64,000 bases of DNA. It comes from Acidobacteriota bacterium (lineage in GTDB: Bacteria > Acidobacteriota > UBA6911 > RPQK01 > JAJDTT01). Positions 9,430 to 19,758 of this stretch are shown piece by piece (positions within the stretch are counted from its first letter, which is position 1; the number at the start of each line of letters is the position of its first letter). The position numbers and the translations under genes were made by a program. The stretch is taken from positions 1,536,001-1,600,000 of the forward strand of contig OZ242374.1 in the NCBI GenBank assembly GCA_965209055.1. The letters are read 5' to 3'. The notes beneath the pieces were generated by a model. The model did not search any database. It worked only from the letters and a program-made list of their open reading frames with translations, and was not told the DNA's origin.

Positions 9430-11370
9430 TTATTCTACGGGATTGTGGATGAGGTGGATTCCCTCGGAAAGGGTGCCCGCGAGAAGCTCTCCCGAAGTGG
9501 ACAGATGCAAGGTCGTGATACGTGGTCCGGAGCTGCCTCGATCGAACGTGCGCCAGCTATCGCCCCCGTCGGGACTCGCATACAGGTGCCCCAGCAGGGA
9601 GTCGCTGGCGAAGACGCGGAGGTTCGGTCCGCGCGCGCCAATCGAAAGGGCGGAGACGTCCAGAGGCTGAATTCCATCGGCCTGCACCCATTCGTCCCCG
9701 TTTCGGTTGCTGACGAAGACGCCTTTGCTCGTCCCGCAAAACAGGCGCGTTGCAGACCTGCCGACGATGTTCACCCGGACTGGCGGCAGCCCGGGGGGTG
9801 GAAGCAGCCAGGTGTCCCCGCCGTCGCGCGATCGAAACAGGCCGGAATCGGTCCCGGCAAACAAGGTCGCCGTCGGCAAGTCATACAGCAGGGACTGCGC
9901 CGCGCCGATATCGCCTGATATCTCCTTCTTTTCCAGCGTGCCGGTCTCCAGATCCAAATGGAAGACCCCTTGGGTCGTGGCCAGGAAGAGACCGGTCTCC
10001 TTCCGGTTCGAAAACGAAAGGTCGAGGACGGGCAGCTTCGGGACCTCCCCGACCCGCTGCCATGGGGTCTCGTCGGGGACCCCCACGAAGAGGCCGGTTC
10101 CCGTCCCCAGATACACCTTGGAGGAGAGGCGCGAGGGACGGATCGCCCGGATCGAATCCGCGCTTCCGTCCAGACCGTCGTTGAATGCGCTCCACTTCCA
10201 ACCTCTTCCCTTCAGGGTGAAGAATCCGCCGTAATCGCGGTCCAGGACGACGCTGGCGTAATACACGTGGGAACGGCGCGGATCGGACTCCAGAGCGCCG
10301 ATCTGCCGGTGGACGAATCCCCGGTTGGATGGGGAGAAGGTGGCGCCCCCGTCGTCGGAGCGAAGGATGCCGGCGTCGTCGGAACCCACCAGAATCACCG
10401 AAGGCCGGTGGGGATGCACGGCCACGGCGTTCAGGACCACCCCGGAGATCAGCTGCTTCCAGGATTTGCCGGCGTCTCTGGTGATGAACAGGCCCTTGGT
10501 GGTTCCGGCGTACAGGGTTGCCGGGTCGGAGGGATCCATCTGGAGCGCACGGGTTCTCCTCGCCTCCTTGGGCAGTCCGTTCTTCAACCTGGACCACTTC
10601 TCGCCGCCATTGTCCGACTTGTAGATTCCGGAGCAGGCCCCCGCGTAAATGGTGTCGGGCTTGCCGGGCTCCACGACCATGGCGAACAGGTCGCTGTCAT
10701 CAGCCATTCCCTGGTGGATCGGGACCCACTTGCGTCCCAGGTTGGCGGTCTTCCACGCCAAGTGGAAGGTGCCCACAAAGAGAGTCGGTGGGTTCTGGTC
10801 ATCGAAGGCGAGGGAGTCGACGTTGTAGAGACTCCTGTATCCGCGCGTGATCCGGTCCCACGTCCTGCCCCGGTCGCGGCTCAGCAGCACACCCTCCAGG
10901 ATCCCGATGGCGATGATGGACGGGTCGGACGGCGCGATGGCCATGGCGCGGATGGTGCTGTCGTAACGGCCCAGGGCGATGGGCTCCCACTCCAGGCCCC
11001 CGTTCTCGGAACGGAACAGTTTTCCGCGGTTGGCTTTCAGTTCCCAAGCGGCGGCGTAGAGGGTGTCCGGATCGGAGGGGTCGAAGGCCAGGTTGTCCAC
11101 CACGAGATCCCTGCGGCCCAAACCGGGATCGATTCGAGACCAACCCAGTCCCGTGTTCCGCGAGACGTAGATCTGACCGTCGCTGGTGCCCAGATAGAAG
11201 GTGTCCGGTTTTCCGGGATGGACGGCCAGAGAACGCACGTCTCCTCCGAAGGGGCCCAGGACGACGGAATCCGCGTTGCCCGTCAGGGACGAATCCACCA
11301 TTGCCAGGGTGAACCAGCAGATGAGAAACGTCCGGCCGCGCGCCCGCCAAATGCTCCTGGGATCAATCAT
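9430..11370 (-). CDS. BNR/Asp-box repeat beta-propeller protein (YCF48/VPS10-like), secreted
   Basis: Repeated SxDxGxTW Asp boxes; GPFGGDVRSLAV start of propeller; start uncertain (ORF extends to 11457). Confidence 0.8.
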   Translation of the reverse strand: MIDPRSIWRARGRTFLICWFTLAMVDSSLTGNADSVVLGPFGGDVRSLAVHPGKPDTFYLGTSDGQIYVSRNTGLGWSRIDPGLGRRDLVVDNLAFDPSDPDTLYAAAWELKANRGKLFRSENGGLEWEPIALGRYDSTIRAMAIAPSDPSIIAIGILEGVLLSRDRGRTWDRITRGYRSLYNVDSLAFDDQNPPTLFVGTFHLAWKTANLGRKWVPIHQGMADDSDLFAMVVEPGKPDTIYAGACSGIYKSDNGGEKWSRLKNGLPKEARRTRALQMDPSDPATLYAGTTKGLFITRDAGKSWKQLISGVVLNAVAVHPHRPSVILVGSDDAGILRSDDGGATFSPSNRGFVHRQIGALESDPRRSHVYYASVVLDRDYGGFFTLKGRGWKWSAFNDGLDGSADSIRAIRPSRLSSKVYLGTGTGLFVGVPDETPWQRVGEVPKLPVLDLSFSNRKETGLFLATTQGVFHLDLETGTLEKKEISGDIGAAQSLLYDLPTATLFAGTDSGLFRSRDGGDTWLLPPPGLPPVRVNIVGRSATRLFCGTSKGVFVSNRNGDEWVQADGIQPLDVSALSIGARGPNLRVFASDSLLGHLYASPDGGDSWRTFDRGSSGPRITTLHLSTSGELLAGTLSEGIHLIHNPVE

Positions 11371-11485
11371 GGCGTCTATTCTACCCCGTTCGTCACTTGT
11401 GAAGAATGCCGAAGTCTTCGCTTGCGCCGCGCCGCCGTCGAGAACGCCGCGTTCCATGCAAGCATCGCCCGGACACCTTCTTCGC

Positions 11486-12694
11486 TCAATCCCTCCGGCT
11501 CAATTTTCTCTCTACCCGGATTTCCACCGTGCAGGTGGAGGTGTTCTCCGAATCGCTCAGCTCCGCAGTGATGGTGTAGACGCCTTCATCCAGTCCCGTG
11601 GAGTCGAATCGGGCCGAATCCCCCTCCAGCGATACGGCGCCCCCGCTGGCAATCCAGGCAATACTCAGGACGTCGTCGTCCGGGTCCAGGGCGTGGACCC
11701 GTATTTTGGTCCACTCCCCTGACTTGACCGTCTGGCGGCCCGGGTGGCAGCGGATGACGGGAGGACGGTTGATCTTTCTCTGGATGACCAGTTGAGCCGT
11801 CCAGCCATGTCGGCCGGGGTCCGGCGCCCCGAGCCGGCCGGGGTCCGTGCCGTTGAGGTTCAAACTGTAACCGGCCGAGAGTTGGAACCAGCGCCGGGAG
11901 AGGAGCCGCATTCCCAGGTGCAGTTCGAGAGGCGCCTCGAATCGGGAACCGCCGAAGCGGGTTCCGGCCAACTCGGCGACGAACGTGGCCTCATGACCCA
12001 GTGGAAAGTCCAGACCCAGGCCATAGTCGAACTGGTGTCCGGGGGTCGCTTCCGGTTCGTCGCCGGAGTAGAGGAAACCTCCGTTGACCGTGAGTCTTGC
12101 GAGGGCGGAGATTTGATGCGAGATGAGAAAATCCAATCCCAGTCCCGTCCCGGGCGCAGCCGGTTCGGAGAAAGTGGCTGGGAATCCGGTCGAATTGGAG
12201 ACTCGCACTTTGGGCTGGAGGGCGAGTCCGAAGGGATGTCCGTGGCTGGGCGACCACAGATTCAGTTTCAATCCGGCCCACAGGTTTCCGGAAATCGCCC
12301 CTGAGGGAAGGTCCGGATGGGCGGAATGGACGGGCAAGGCCAAGCTGTCGCCGGGAGGGCGGATCCCGGTGAGGTCGTTCACGGGATTCGAGCCGAACCA
12401 CTTCCGCGCTTCCCAGGAGAGGAAGCCCTCCAGGTGGTCGCGCAGTCCCAAAGTGAACGAGACGGGAAAGTGGGTGATTCGGGCTTGCCCGGCCAGTCTG
12501 TGGAACCGGGCGTGATGAAGCCCCAGGCTGAATTCACCGGTTCGCAGGGTTTCGGGGGTAGCCAGGTTGAAGAGGCCGGTCGACCCCTTCCAACTGGGAC
12601 GCAACTGTTTGAATCTGTTGCGGCCGGCGGCAGCGGCCGTATCGGGGAGCAGGATCACGAACCCCAAAGCGGCCAGCGTGACGCGTCTACACAT
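11486..12694 (-). CDS. Outer-membrane beta-barrel protein with C-terminal Ig/PKD-like domain
   Basis: Signal peptide, GSTGLF..PETLRTGEFS, NRPPVIRC...DPDDDVL...GVYTITA. Confidence 0.6.
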   Translation of the reverse strand: MCRRVTLAALGFVILLPDTAAAAGRNRFKQLRPSWKGSTGLFNLATPETLRTGEFSLGLHHARFHRLAGQARITHFPVSFTLGLRDHLEGFLSWEARKWFGSNPVNDLTGIRPPGDSLALPVHSAHPDLPSGAISGNLWAGLKLNLWSPSHGHPFGLALQPKVRVSNSTGFPATFSEPAAPGTGLGLDFLISHQISALARLTVNGGFLYSGDEPEATPGHQFDYGLGLDFPLGHEATFVAELAGTRFGGSRFEAPLELHLGMRLLSRRWFQLSAGYSLNLNGTDPGRLGAPDPGRHGWTAQLVIQRKINRPPVIRCHPGRQTVKSGEWTKIRVHALDPDDDVLSIAWIASGGAVSLEGDSARFDSTGLDEGVYTITAELSDSENTSTCTVEIRVERKLSRRD

Positions 12695-12783
12695 GCCTGC
12701 AAAAGTCGATCGGGACGTTTCCCTGGTGCTCCGGAATCGGTGGGGACGGCGAATGGCCGGCGGGTCCCGGCGAGGGATTTCTC

Positions 12784-12957
12784 CTAGATTCCGGCATCCG
12801 CGCGAACGCCGTCTCCGTTGAGGTTGGTGTCGTTCAAGCCGGCGTAGTCGTCGAAGTATTCGTCCTCGTCGTCGATGTCTTCAAAGTCGTCGGTGTCGTC
12901 TTCGTCCTCGAACTCGTCGTACAGATCGTCTTCCTGTGCCAAGATGCTTGCAGTCAT
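12784..12957 (-). CDS. Small highly acidic protein
   Basis: 57-aa ORF dominated by D/E (DDLYDEFEDEDDTDDFEDIDDEDEYFDD), GGAG SD upstream. Confidence 0.5.
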   Translation of the reverse strand: MTASILAQEDDLYDEFEDEDDTDDFEDIDDEDEYFDDYAGLNDTNLNGDGVRADAGI

Positions 12958-13073
12958 CGATTGAGTCTCCAACGCGATTATCCGCGCCCGCCTGACCCAG
13001 TTCAACTCACCCGGCGGGGATCCACCCGGTATGGAATCCCGTCATGCTGGTTCCGTAGTAGAGTGGTTTCGAA

Positions 13074-13757
13074 GTGAAATCCTTGGGGGCGCTGTTGGAA
13101 GTGGTTGCGGTGGCTGTGGGGGGCATGGTCCTGGCATCGCCGGCGATCAGGTTCCTGGGCTTGTCCGCCGAGGACATCTACGGGGACGTCCCTCATCTCG
13201 TCCTCTATCTGATGCTGGAAACGTCGTTGACGTTGGGCATCATTCTGATCCTGTTGTGGACCGGGGACCGCCGCCTCCGGGACCTGGGATGGGCCAAACG
13301 GGGTTGGCGGAAGGAGTCGTGGGCCGGGGTGTCGGTCGTGCCTCTCCTCTTCGGCGCCACTTTTCTGGTGGGGTTCCTCTTCCGGATCTTTCTGCCCCAG
13401 TACGTCTCCGAGTCGAATCCGCTGTTGGAGATGATCCAGGACGGGACCGACCTGGGATTGCTGCTGATCAGCAGCGTTGTTGTCGGCGGGATCAAGGAAG
13501 AGGTTCAGAGAGCCTTCATCCTGGTGCACTTCCGAAACCATCTCGGAGGAGCGGTTCCGGGTTTGATCCTCTGGAGCGCATTCTTCGGAGCGGGGCATTC
13601 CTTCCAGGGCGTCGATTTCGCCGTGGCCGCGGGTGTTCTGGGGCTGCTCTTCGGTCTGCTCTACCTCTGGAGAGGACATCTGGCCGCTCCCATCGTGGCC
13701 CATGCCCTCTATGACGTGGTCACCCTCTTGATCTTCTGGGGATTGCTCCGCTCCTAG
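13074..13757 (+). CDS. CPBP (CAAX/Abi) intramembrane metalloprotease
   Basis: EEVQRAF, FGAGH and AHALYD motifs, multiple TMs. Confidence 0.85.
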   Translation: MKSLGALLEVVAVAVGGMVLASPAIRFLGLSAEDIYGDVPHLVLYLMLETSLTLGIILILLWTGDRRLRDLGWAKRGWRKESWAGVSVVPLLFGATFLVGFLFRIFLPQYVSESNPLLEMIQDGTDLGLLLISSVVVGGIKEEVQRAFILVHFRNHLGGAVPGLILWSAFFGAGHSFQGVDFAVAAGVLGLLFGLLYLWRGHLAAPIVAHALYDVVTLLIFWGLLRS

Positions 13758-14536
13758 CGCGGCTCCAAACTGTCGAGAGCCCGCCGCGCTGCCTTCTGTT
13801 CGGCCTGTTTCTTCGACGTGCCCCGGGCCCGTCCCAACACCCGGTTCAGACCCCGAACCTCGACCAGAAAAATCTTGGAATGCTGCGGTCCCGACTCCCG
13901 GATCACCGCGTAGCTCGGTTCGTGTCCTCCCAGCACGTGCAGGCGCTCCTGGAGCTTGGACTTGTAGTTTCCCAGTTCGAGTTCGTTCCGGGCATCCTGC
14001 CTGAGATGATCTCGAAACTGGTGCAGCACGAAGGACCGGGCCGCCTCCATTCCGCCATCCAGATAAATGGCGGCGATGACGCTTTCGAAGGCGTCGGCCA
14101 GTATGGTATTTCGCCTTCGACCTCCTGTCTTCTCTTCGTTGGGGCTCAGCCTGAGATACCGTCCAAGTCCCAAGCGCCCGGACAGGATGGCCAACTCGGA
14201 CTTGGAGACGAGAAAGGAACGGGTTTTTGACAACTCTCCTTCGGCCCGGTCCGGGTTGGCGAGGTACAGCGACTCACTGATGATCAGTTCCAGAACCGAG
14301 TCCCCGAGAAACTCGAGGGACTCGTAGTGTTGTCCGGGTGTTCCCGCGTCGTGAGCGAAGGAACGGTGGGTGAGGGCCCGCTCCAGAACACGAATCCGGT
14401 GAAAACGATGGCCCAGGCGGCTCTGCAGGCTCTTGAGATCTTTCTGGCGGGAGGCAGGCTGACGGCGGGAATGAGATCGGATCCAGACCCGTAAGCGGAC
14501 CGACAGCCCGGACCATGAAAGAAGGATTCTTTTCAA
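13754..14536 (-). CDS. rnc: Ribonuclease III
   Basis: ALTHRS, LEFLGDSVL, ADAFESVIAAIYLDGG; dsRBD KSKLQE...GTSKKQAEQKAA. Confidence 0.95.
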   Translation of the reverse strand: MKRILLSWSGLSVRLRVWIRSHSRRQPASRQKDLKSLQSRLGHRFHRIRVLERALTHRSFAHDAGTPGQHYESLEFLGDSVLELIISESLYLANPDRAEGELSKTRSFLVSKSELAILSGRLGLGRYLRLSPNEEKTGGRRRNTILADAFESVIAAIYLDGGMEAARSFVLHQFRDHLRQDARNELELGNYKSKLQERLHVLGGHEPSYAVIRESGPQHSKIFLVEVRGLNRVLGRARGTSKKQAEQKAARRALDSLEPR

Positions 14537-14588
14537 GTATCGACCCGGGATGCAGTCTCGGCCTCGTCCGGAATGGACCGAATTGGCG

Positions 14589-15569
14589 TCAAGGATTTTC
14601 TGTCGGAGGGGCCTCTCCCACGTCCGGAAGGATGAACTGCTGCATCTCCTGATTCTGGAGTTCTTGAAGCGCCGCTTCCTTGGCGGCCTTTTGCTGCATC
14701 AGGTACTCGCGCTGCTGATTGATGAGGTCCTCGATGCCATCCGTCTTCTTGTGAACGAAGGTGTAGAGCTGATCGAGTTGCTCCCGTGCGATCTGGGCCG
14801 TCATTCCCCCGGTGGCTGTAGCGCGGGCATAGGCTTCAAGGGCCTTCTCCGCATTCCGCTGTCCGAGGTACGCCCGCCCCATGCGCAGATAGGCTCGATC
14901 ATGGTCCGGTTCCAATTCGACCACCTTGGAGAAATGCTCGACGCAACTGTTCAGGTGCTGGGCCTTGCTGGAGCTGCTCTTCATGGATTGATGCAGATTC
15001 GCCAATCCCAGGGCGTAGTGGCCATCCGCCTCCAGGCGCTCTTTATTGCGAGTCCATTCCACCAGGCTCATTTGCCCGGGCTGTTGTGCGCCAGCGGCGC
15101 CATCCAGACCCTGTTGCGCTCTGGCCAAGGCCTTCTGCACCTCACCCCGCTCGGCATATCCAACGGCCAGTTCGATCAGGAGGACGTAACTGGAGGGCAG
15201 CTCGGCAATGGCCTTCTCGCCGTGCTCCACGAACCGCTCGTACTCATTCTGCTGCTGGAAGTAGAGAGCCAGAAGCTGGTGGGCCAACGGCGTCAGGCCG
15301 CTCTTCGGATGAAACTCAAGGAAGTCCATGGCCAGCTCGGCCTTCTGCTGCAGATCCTCGGTCTGATCGATGGCCGTCCAGGCGTCGAACTCCTCCTTGG
15401 TCTGGGCTTGCCCCACAACCCTGACCGGTTCGGGTGGAGCCACCAGGGGTTCGTCTTCGTCCAAGAGAAATCCTTCGTCTTGCTGTCCCTGGTTCTGATT
15501 CTGAGCGACGGCCCAGTCCCCGGTGGAGAACAATCCCAGGAGAACAATAATGGCGAGAACCTGTTTCAT
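14589..15569 (-). CDS. Secreted TPR protein
   Basis: Signal peptide, TPR-like helices. Confidence 0.75.
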   Translation of the reverse strand: MKQVLAIIVLLGLFSTGDWAVAQNQNQGQQDEGFLLDEDEPLVAPPEPVRVVGQAQTKEEFDAWTAIDQTEDLQQKAELAMDFLEFHPKSGLTPLAHQLLALYFQQQNEYERFVEHGEKAIAELPSSYVLLIELAVGYAERGEVQKALARAQQGLDGAAGAQQPGQMSLVEWTRNKERLEADGHYALGLANLHQSMKSSSSKAQHLNSCVEHFSKVVELEPDHDRAYLRMGRAYLGQRNAEKALEAYARATATGGMTAQIAREQLDQLYTFVHKKTDGIEDLINQQREYLMQQKAAKEAALQELQNQEMQQFILPDVGEAPPTENP

Positions 15570-15699
15570 TCTTTTTCTCCGAATCTCATGAAAAGAGGGC
15601 CGCCCCGATCAGGAGGCTAGACGGTAATTGTGGCACAAAAGGCCAACGAATTCACGGAAGGGAAGATGTAGGAGCACCCGTTGCGGGTGCCCTCTGGAC

Positions 15700-17268
15700 T
15701 CATTCCTCCGGTTCTTCCGGTCCCAGGGATTCGATCAATTCGGAGGCTTCTTTCCTGGCCCCCTTCAGATCCCCTTCCAGGACCAGGACTTGCTGAAAGC
15801 GCTTCCGGGCCTCGGCCATGGATCCCTGGGAGGCCAGGATGCGGCCCATGCGGACGAGGGACAGACCTCGGACCCACACGGGGGCCCTCGAATTCGAGAC
15901 GCTCTCGTAGTATGCGAACGCCCGCTGCAAGTCTCCCGTCTGACCCGAGATCTGAGCCATGTAGAAGAGGCCGCTGGTGTTTCCCGGATCTTTCCGAAGA
16001 AGTTCTTCCAAGCGCTGCTCCGCCTCGTGAAACTGCTTCCGGGCCATCAATTGACCGGCCTCGTTGAGAAGCGAAATGATGCGGTTTTTTCGCTCCACCC
16101 GCTGCCGTTCGCGTTCCTGGGCGACCTGGAGTTTCCTTTCTTCTTCGGCGAGCGATTCTTCCATGGCCGCGATGGCGGATTCCGCCTCCTTCAGGTTGTC
16201 CTCATCCAGGTCCTGGAGGAGCAGTTCGGCGTAGGCCGGAAATGAAAGCAACCCGCTGCGTTCATATTCGATCAACTGCCGGTAAAAGGAGGGAAGAGCC
16301 ACCAGGCCCTGTCGAAAGAACTCCACGATCTCCCGTTTGGGGTCCTCGGGCGGGTGCATCCGCAGGATCAGGCTTTCGATCATGGACTCGGCCAGGATGA
16401 GCAGAATCCGGTCCCGGTATTCGGGATTCAGTTGGGGCTGCTTGTTGGCCATCCGCAAGATGTTGGCATCCTCGTCCATCCGGGCCACGTACTTCTCGAT
16501 CAGAGGATCGATGAGGACGTGGAGGTATTCGTGCTGGAGGGCGACGTAGTTCTCCGCGGGGTCGTCCGCGGGCCCCACGATGACGTAGTAGATCCGTTCC
16601 AGGTTCCGCGCATTCACGGTGTCCTTGGCGTTGAGGAGGTCGGGAATGAAGATGATGGTCCGGTCCAGGACTCTCCGGGGACCGATCCGGAAGTAGCGGA
16701 GCGTCTGATGGATCAGTTTTTCGAGTACGGGCCGGTAACGTTCGACTTCGTGTTCGTAGCGCTTGAGATGGCCGGTCCACAGATCGGCAATGCCGGCCGG
16801 TGCGTAGAGTTCCCGCACCAGATCGGCAAAGCCTCGCAAGGGAAGGATGTCCGCCGGCAGGTGGTCGGTCTCGTCCGGGAAGGCCAGCTCCGGGACATCC
16901 GAAAGGAGCAGCGCCAGGGAGATGTAGTCGGCGCTCTCCCGGCCCTCGTCCCGGTATCGGCGGTGGGATTCGTAGTAGGTCTGCAGACGAAGAACCAGAT
17001 CGGGATCGAGTCCCTCCAGATGCCGGCGCACTGCTTGCCGCTCCGTCGAGAGCGTTTTCCCGGATCTCTCGTAGTCGAATCCGGCGGCGTTGAGCGCGGC
17101 CATGACGGCGAACACGCGGGCATCGCTCTTGAATGTGATGTTGACCAGATCTTCCAGTTCAGGCTGCGAATTCCCAGGTGCCGGCTGCGGGTCCTCCGCA
17201 GGGGTCTCTTCGCCCCGGACCGGCGGCGAAAAGAGCAGAAGGAGAACAACAAATCGGATTGGCATCAT
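15700..17268 (-). CDS. Secreted protein with HExxH motif and C-terminal TPRs
   Basis: Signal peptide, VFAVMAALNAAGFD, LQHEYLHVLIDP, TPR tail. Confidence 0.75.
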   Translation of the reverse strand: MMPIRFVVLLLLFSPPVRGEETPAEDPQPAPGNSQPELEDLVNITFKSDARVFAVMAALNAAGFDYERSGKTLSTERQAVRRHLEGLDPDLVLRLQTYYESHRRYRDEGRESADYISLALLLSDVPELAFPDETDHLPADILPLRGFADLVRELYAPAGIADLWTGHLKRYEHEVERYRPVLEKLIHQTLRYFRIGPRRVLDRTIIFIPDLLNAKDTVNARNLERIYYVIVGPADDPAENYVALQHEYLHVLIDPLIEKYVARMDEDANILRMANKQPQLNPEYRDRILLILAESMIESLILRMHPPEDPKREIVEFFRQGLVALPSFYRQLIEYERSGLLSFPAYAELLLQDLDEDNLKEAESAIAAMEESLAEEERKLQVAQERERQRVERKNRIISLLNEAGQLMARKQFHEAEQRLEELLRKDPGNTSGLFYMAQISGQTGDLQRAFAYYESVSNSRAPVWVRGLSLVRMGRILASQGSMAEARKRFQQVLVLEGDLKGARKEASELIESLGPEEPEE

Positions 17269-17312
17269 CGTCCGCAACTCATCGTAATGCAGAATACGAG
17301 GAACGAGAAGAG

Positions 17313-18302
17313 CTAGGCGAAGTGGTCGAAGCCATTGGACGAATCCTCCTCGGCGCCTCCGTCCGCGTCCGGTTGGCGCAGGGTTCCGATTCGCCGCCAC
17401 CCGGGAAGGTGCGGCGGATACTCGGTTCGCAGGTGTTCCAACCGCTCGCCGGAAATCGCAGCCAGGAGAGCATAGTCCTCCCCTCCGGTCAGAGCGGCCT
17501 CCTTGGAGATGTGGGCGGTCAACCCGGGTTCAAGCGGGATCCGGGAACCAGCCTCGAAGCACAGGCCGCTGTCCCCGGACAGGCGTTGGAGGTCGATGCG
17601 CAATCCGTCGCTCACGTCGATCATGGCGCTGGCAAAACCGTGGCGTCGAAGCCAGTCTCCTGCCCGGATCTGCGGGGTGGGAAGAAAATGGGCTTTCAGA
17701 CAGCGCCACCGGAAGGAATCGCCCGCCCAGGCAGCCAGGTCCTCCTCCGTCCGTATGGCTGCCAGTTCGGTGGGATCCTCGCGCTTCAGGAGATTCAATC
17801 CGGCCGCGGAGAGGCCCACGTCCCCCACCAGAACGACGGCGTCGCCCTCGTTGGCCGTGGAACGGTACACGGGATCTCCCGTTTCCAGATGGCCCCAGAT
17901 GGTGACGCCGGCGTGGACGCAGGATCCCCGGGAAAGGTCTCCTCCCACGAGGGGCGCCTTCCATCGCCGCGCCTCCTCTAGAAATCCCTCCATATACGAG
18001 CGAAAGAAGCCGCCGGTCAGGTCGGGAGGAAGCGTCAGGGTGAGGAGACAGGCGGACGGCATGGCACCCATGGCGGCCAGATCGCTCAGATTGACCAGCA
18101 GCGACTTCCGGCCCAGGAAGTAGGGATGCATCCATCGCCGCCGGAAGTGGACGCCTTCCACCAGGACGTCGGTGCTCACCACCAGCCGGGACTGCAGCCC
18201 GGCATCGAAAACGGCGCAGTCGTCCCCCACCCCTTTGAGGACAAAGGGAGGCTCCTCCTGTTTCTGATTCCGAATCCAACGGATCAACTCAGATTCGGTC
18301 AT
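17313..18302 (-). CDS. thiL: Thiamine-monophosphate kinase
   Basis: GVGDDCAV, VEGVHF, NLSDLAAMGA, MIDVSDGL, GGEDYALL. Confidence 0.95.
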   Translation of the reverse strand: MTESELIRWIRNQKQEEPPFVLKGVGDDCAVFDAGLQSRLVVSTDVLVEGVHFRRRWMHPYFLGRKSLLVNLSDLAAMGAMPSACLLTLTLPPDLTGGFFRSYMEGFLEEARRWKAPLVGGDLSRGSCVHAGVTIWGHLETGDPVYRSTANEGDAVVLVGDVGLSAAGLNLLKREDPTELAAIRTEEDLAAWAGDSFRWRCLKAHFLPTPQIRAGDWLRRHGFASAMIDVSDGLRIDLQRLSGDSGLCFEAGSRIPLEPGLTAHISKEAALTGGEDYALLAAISGERLEHLRTEYPPHLPGWRRIGTLRQPDADGGAEEDSSNGFDHFA

Positions 18303-18403
18303 GGCATGATCTCCGGACGCCTGCGATCCCGGCGTTGCGATTATATTAGGAACGCCGCCGCGATTCCCCGGAGGACCGGGCCGATGGAGGGAACGGTAAG
18401 GAC

Positions 18404-18994
18404 ATGAGAGATTGCGTCGTTGCCTGTGCCATGAAGAAGGAGTCGAAGATCCTCCGGGAGCGGCTGGAGACCAGGTGCACTCACTTGGTGACCGGCCTGG
18501 GAATGAACCGAACGCGAACTGCTCTTGAGTCCTATCTCCGCACTCGGAGCCCCTCGATCCTGGTCTTTACCGGCACCGCCGGGCAACTGGATCCCCGGTT
18601 GAAGATGGGCGACGTCGTTTTCCCGAGGCGGTGGTGTCTGCAGACTGGAGAATGCTTCGAGTCGGATCCGGAATTGGTGGCCTTCCTCAGCCAGCGCGGG
18701 GTGCGAATCTCCGGCGCCGGAGTCACGGTCCGAATTCCGGTCATCAAGAAGCAGGATCGTGAGCGGTTGCACCGGAGCCGGGGGGCTTCCATCTGCGACA
18801 TGGAGAGTGCCGCCGTGCTGGAGGTGGCCCGGCGCCATGGAGTGCCCGCCGTGGCTCCCAAAGTCGTTTCCGACACGGCGGAGACGGGAATCCTGGGATT
18901 CCGCAGGGAATTCGAGGCCAACGTGACCCGGCTGAGCCGGTATCTGGACGGCCTTCTGCGGATCGCCGCCGAATTCAATCCGGGTGCCGGCTGA
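18404..18994 (+). CDS. Nucleoside phosphorylase family protein (PNP/UDP; HpnG/MTAN-like)
   Basis: TGLG, GTAGQLDP..GDVV, CDMESAAV, KVVSD. Confidence 0.75.
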   Translation: MRDCVVACAMKKESKILRERLETRCTHLVTGLGMNRTRTALESYLRTRSPSILVFTGTAGQLDPRLKMGDVVFPRRWCLQTGECFESDPELVAFLSQRGVRISGAGVTVRIPVIKKQDRERLHRSRGASICDMESAAVLEVARRHGVPAVAPKVVSDTAETGILGFRREFEANVTRLSRYLDGLLRIAAEFNPGAG

Positions 18995-19712
18995 GATGGA
19001 AGAAGGTCTCCCGATTCCCCTTCCGCCCGTGGACCGGCGAGTGAAACTCCGCCTGCAGTTGGAATTCGGAGGAAGAGACGAACTCTTTGAAGCGGTTCAG
19101 GATCTCCCGCCGTTTCTCCGGATTCCGGATCACCCCCCCCGCCTCGACTTCGCCCTGGAAGGCTTCGAACTGGGGTTTGACCAGTAGCAGGAGCTCCAGT
19201 TCGGGGAACTGTTCCAAGCGGGGGAGAATGAGACGGAGTGAGATGAAGGACAGGTCTGCGGTTGCCAGTTCCGGCGGCCGGGGCAGGTGGCCGGGCGTCA
19301 GGAATCGAGCATTGATTCCTTCCAGGACCAACACCCGGGGGTCCTGCCTTAATTTCCAGTCGAGTTGACCCTTGCCCACGTCCAGGGCGAACACCTCCCG
19401 GGCTCCGTGCTGGAGCAGGCAGTCGGTAAAACCCCCGGTCGACGCTCCCAGGTCCAGGCAGACCCGGTTTCGAACCTGGATCCGGAGCGCGGCCAGAGCG
19501 GCCTCCAACTTGAAACCGCCCCGGGACACGAAACGGGGCGGTTCATTGCGTAGCCGTATCCGTTCTCCTGCCGCCACGAGCGTTCCCGGTTTGTCCAGGC
19601 GTTGCCCACCCAGGAAAACCCGGCCGCTCAGGACCAGGGCGCCGGCGGTTCTGACATCGGCCGCCATCCTTTCGGACACGAGCAATTCGTCGAGGCGGAT
19701 CTTTTTCGTCAT
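18975..19712 (-). CDS. tlyA: TlyA family rRNA methyltransferase
   Basis: S4 domain RLDELL, FVSRGGFKL, LDLGASTGGFTDCLLQ, LVKPQFE. Confidence 0.95.
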   Translation of the reverse strand: MTKKIRLDELLVSERMAADVRTAGALVLSGRVFLGGQRLDKPGTLVAAGERIRLRNEPPRFVSRGGFKLEAALAALRIQVRNRVCLDLGASTGGFTDCLLQHGAREVFALDVGKGQLDWKLRQDPRVLVLEGINARFLTPGHLPRPPELATADLSFISLRLILPRLEQFPELELLLLVKPQFEAFQGEVEAGGVIRNPEKRREILNRFKEFVSSSEFQLQAEFHSPVHGRKGNRETFFHLSRHPD

Positions 19713-19758
19713 GCGTTCGGAGGTCCGGCTGGAAACGTGGAGCTGTCCCGTTTCGCCG

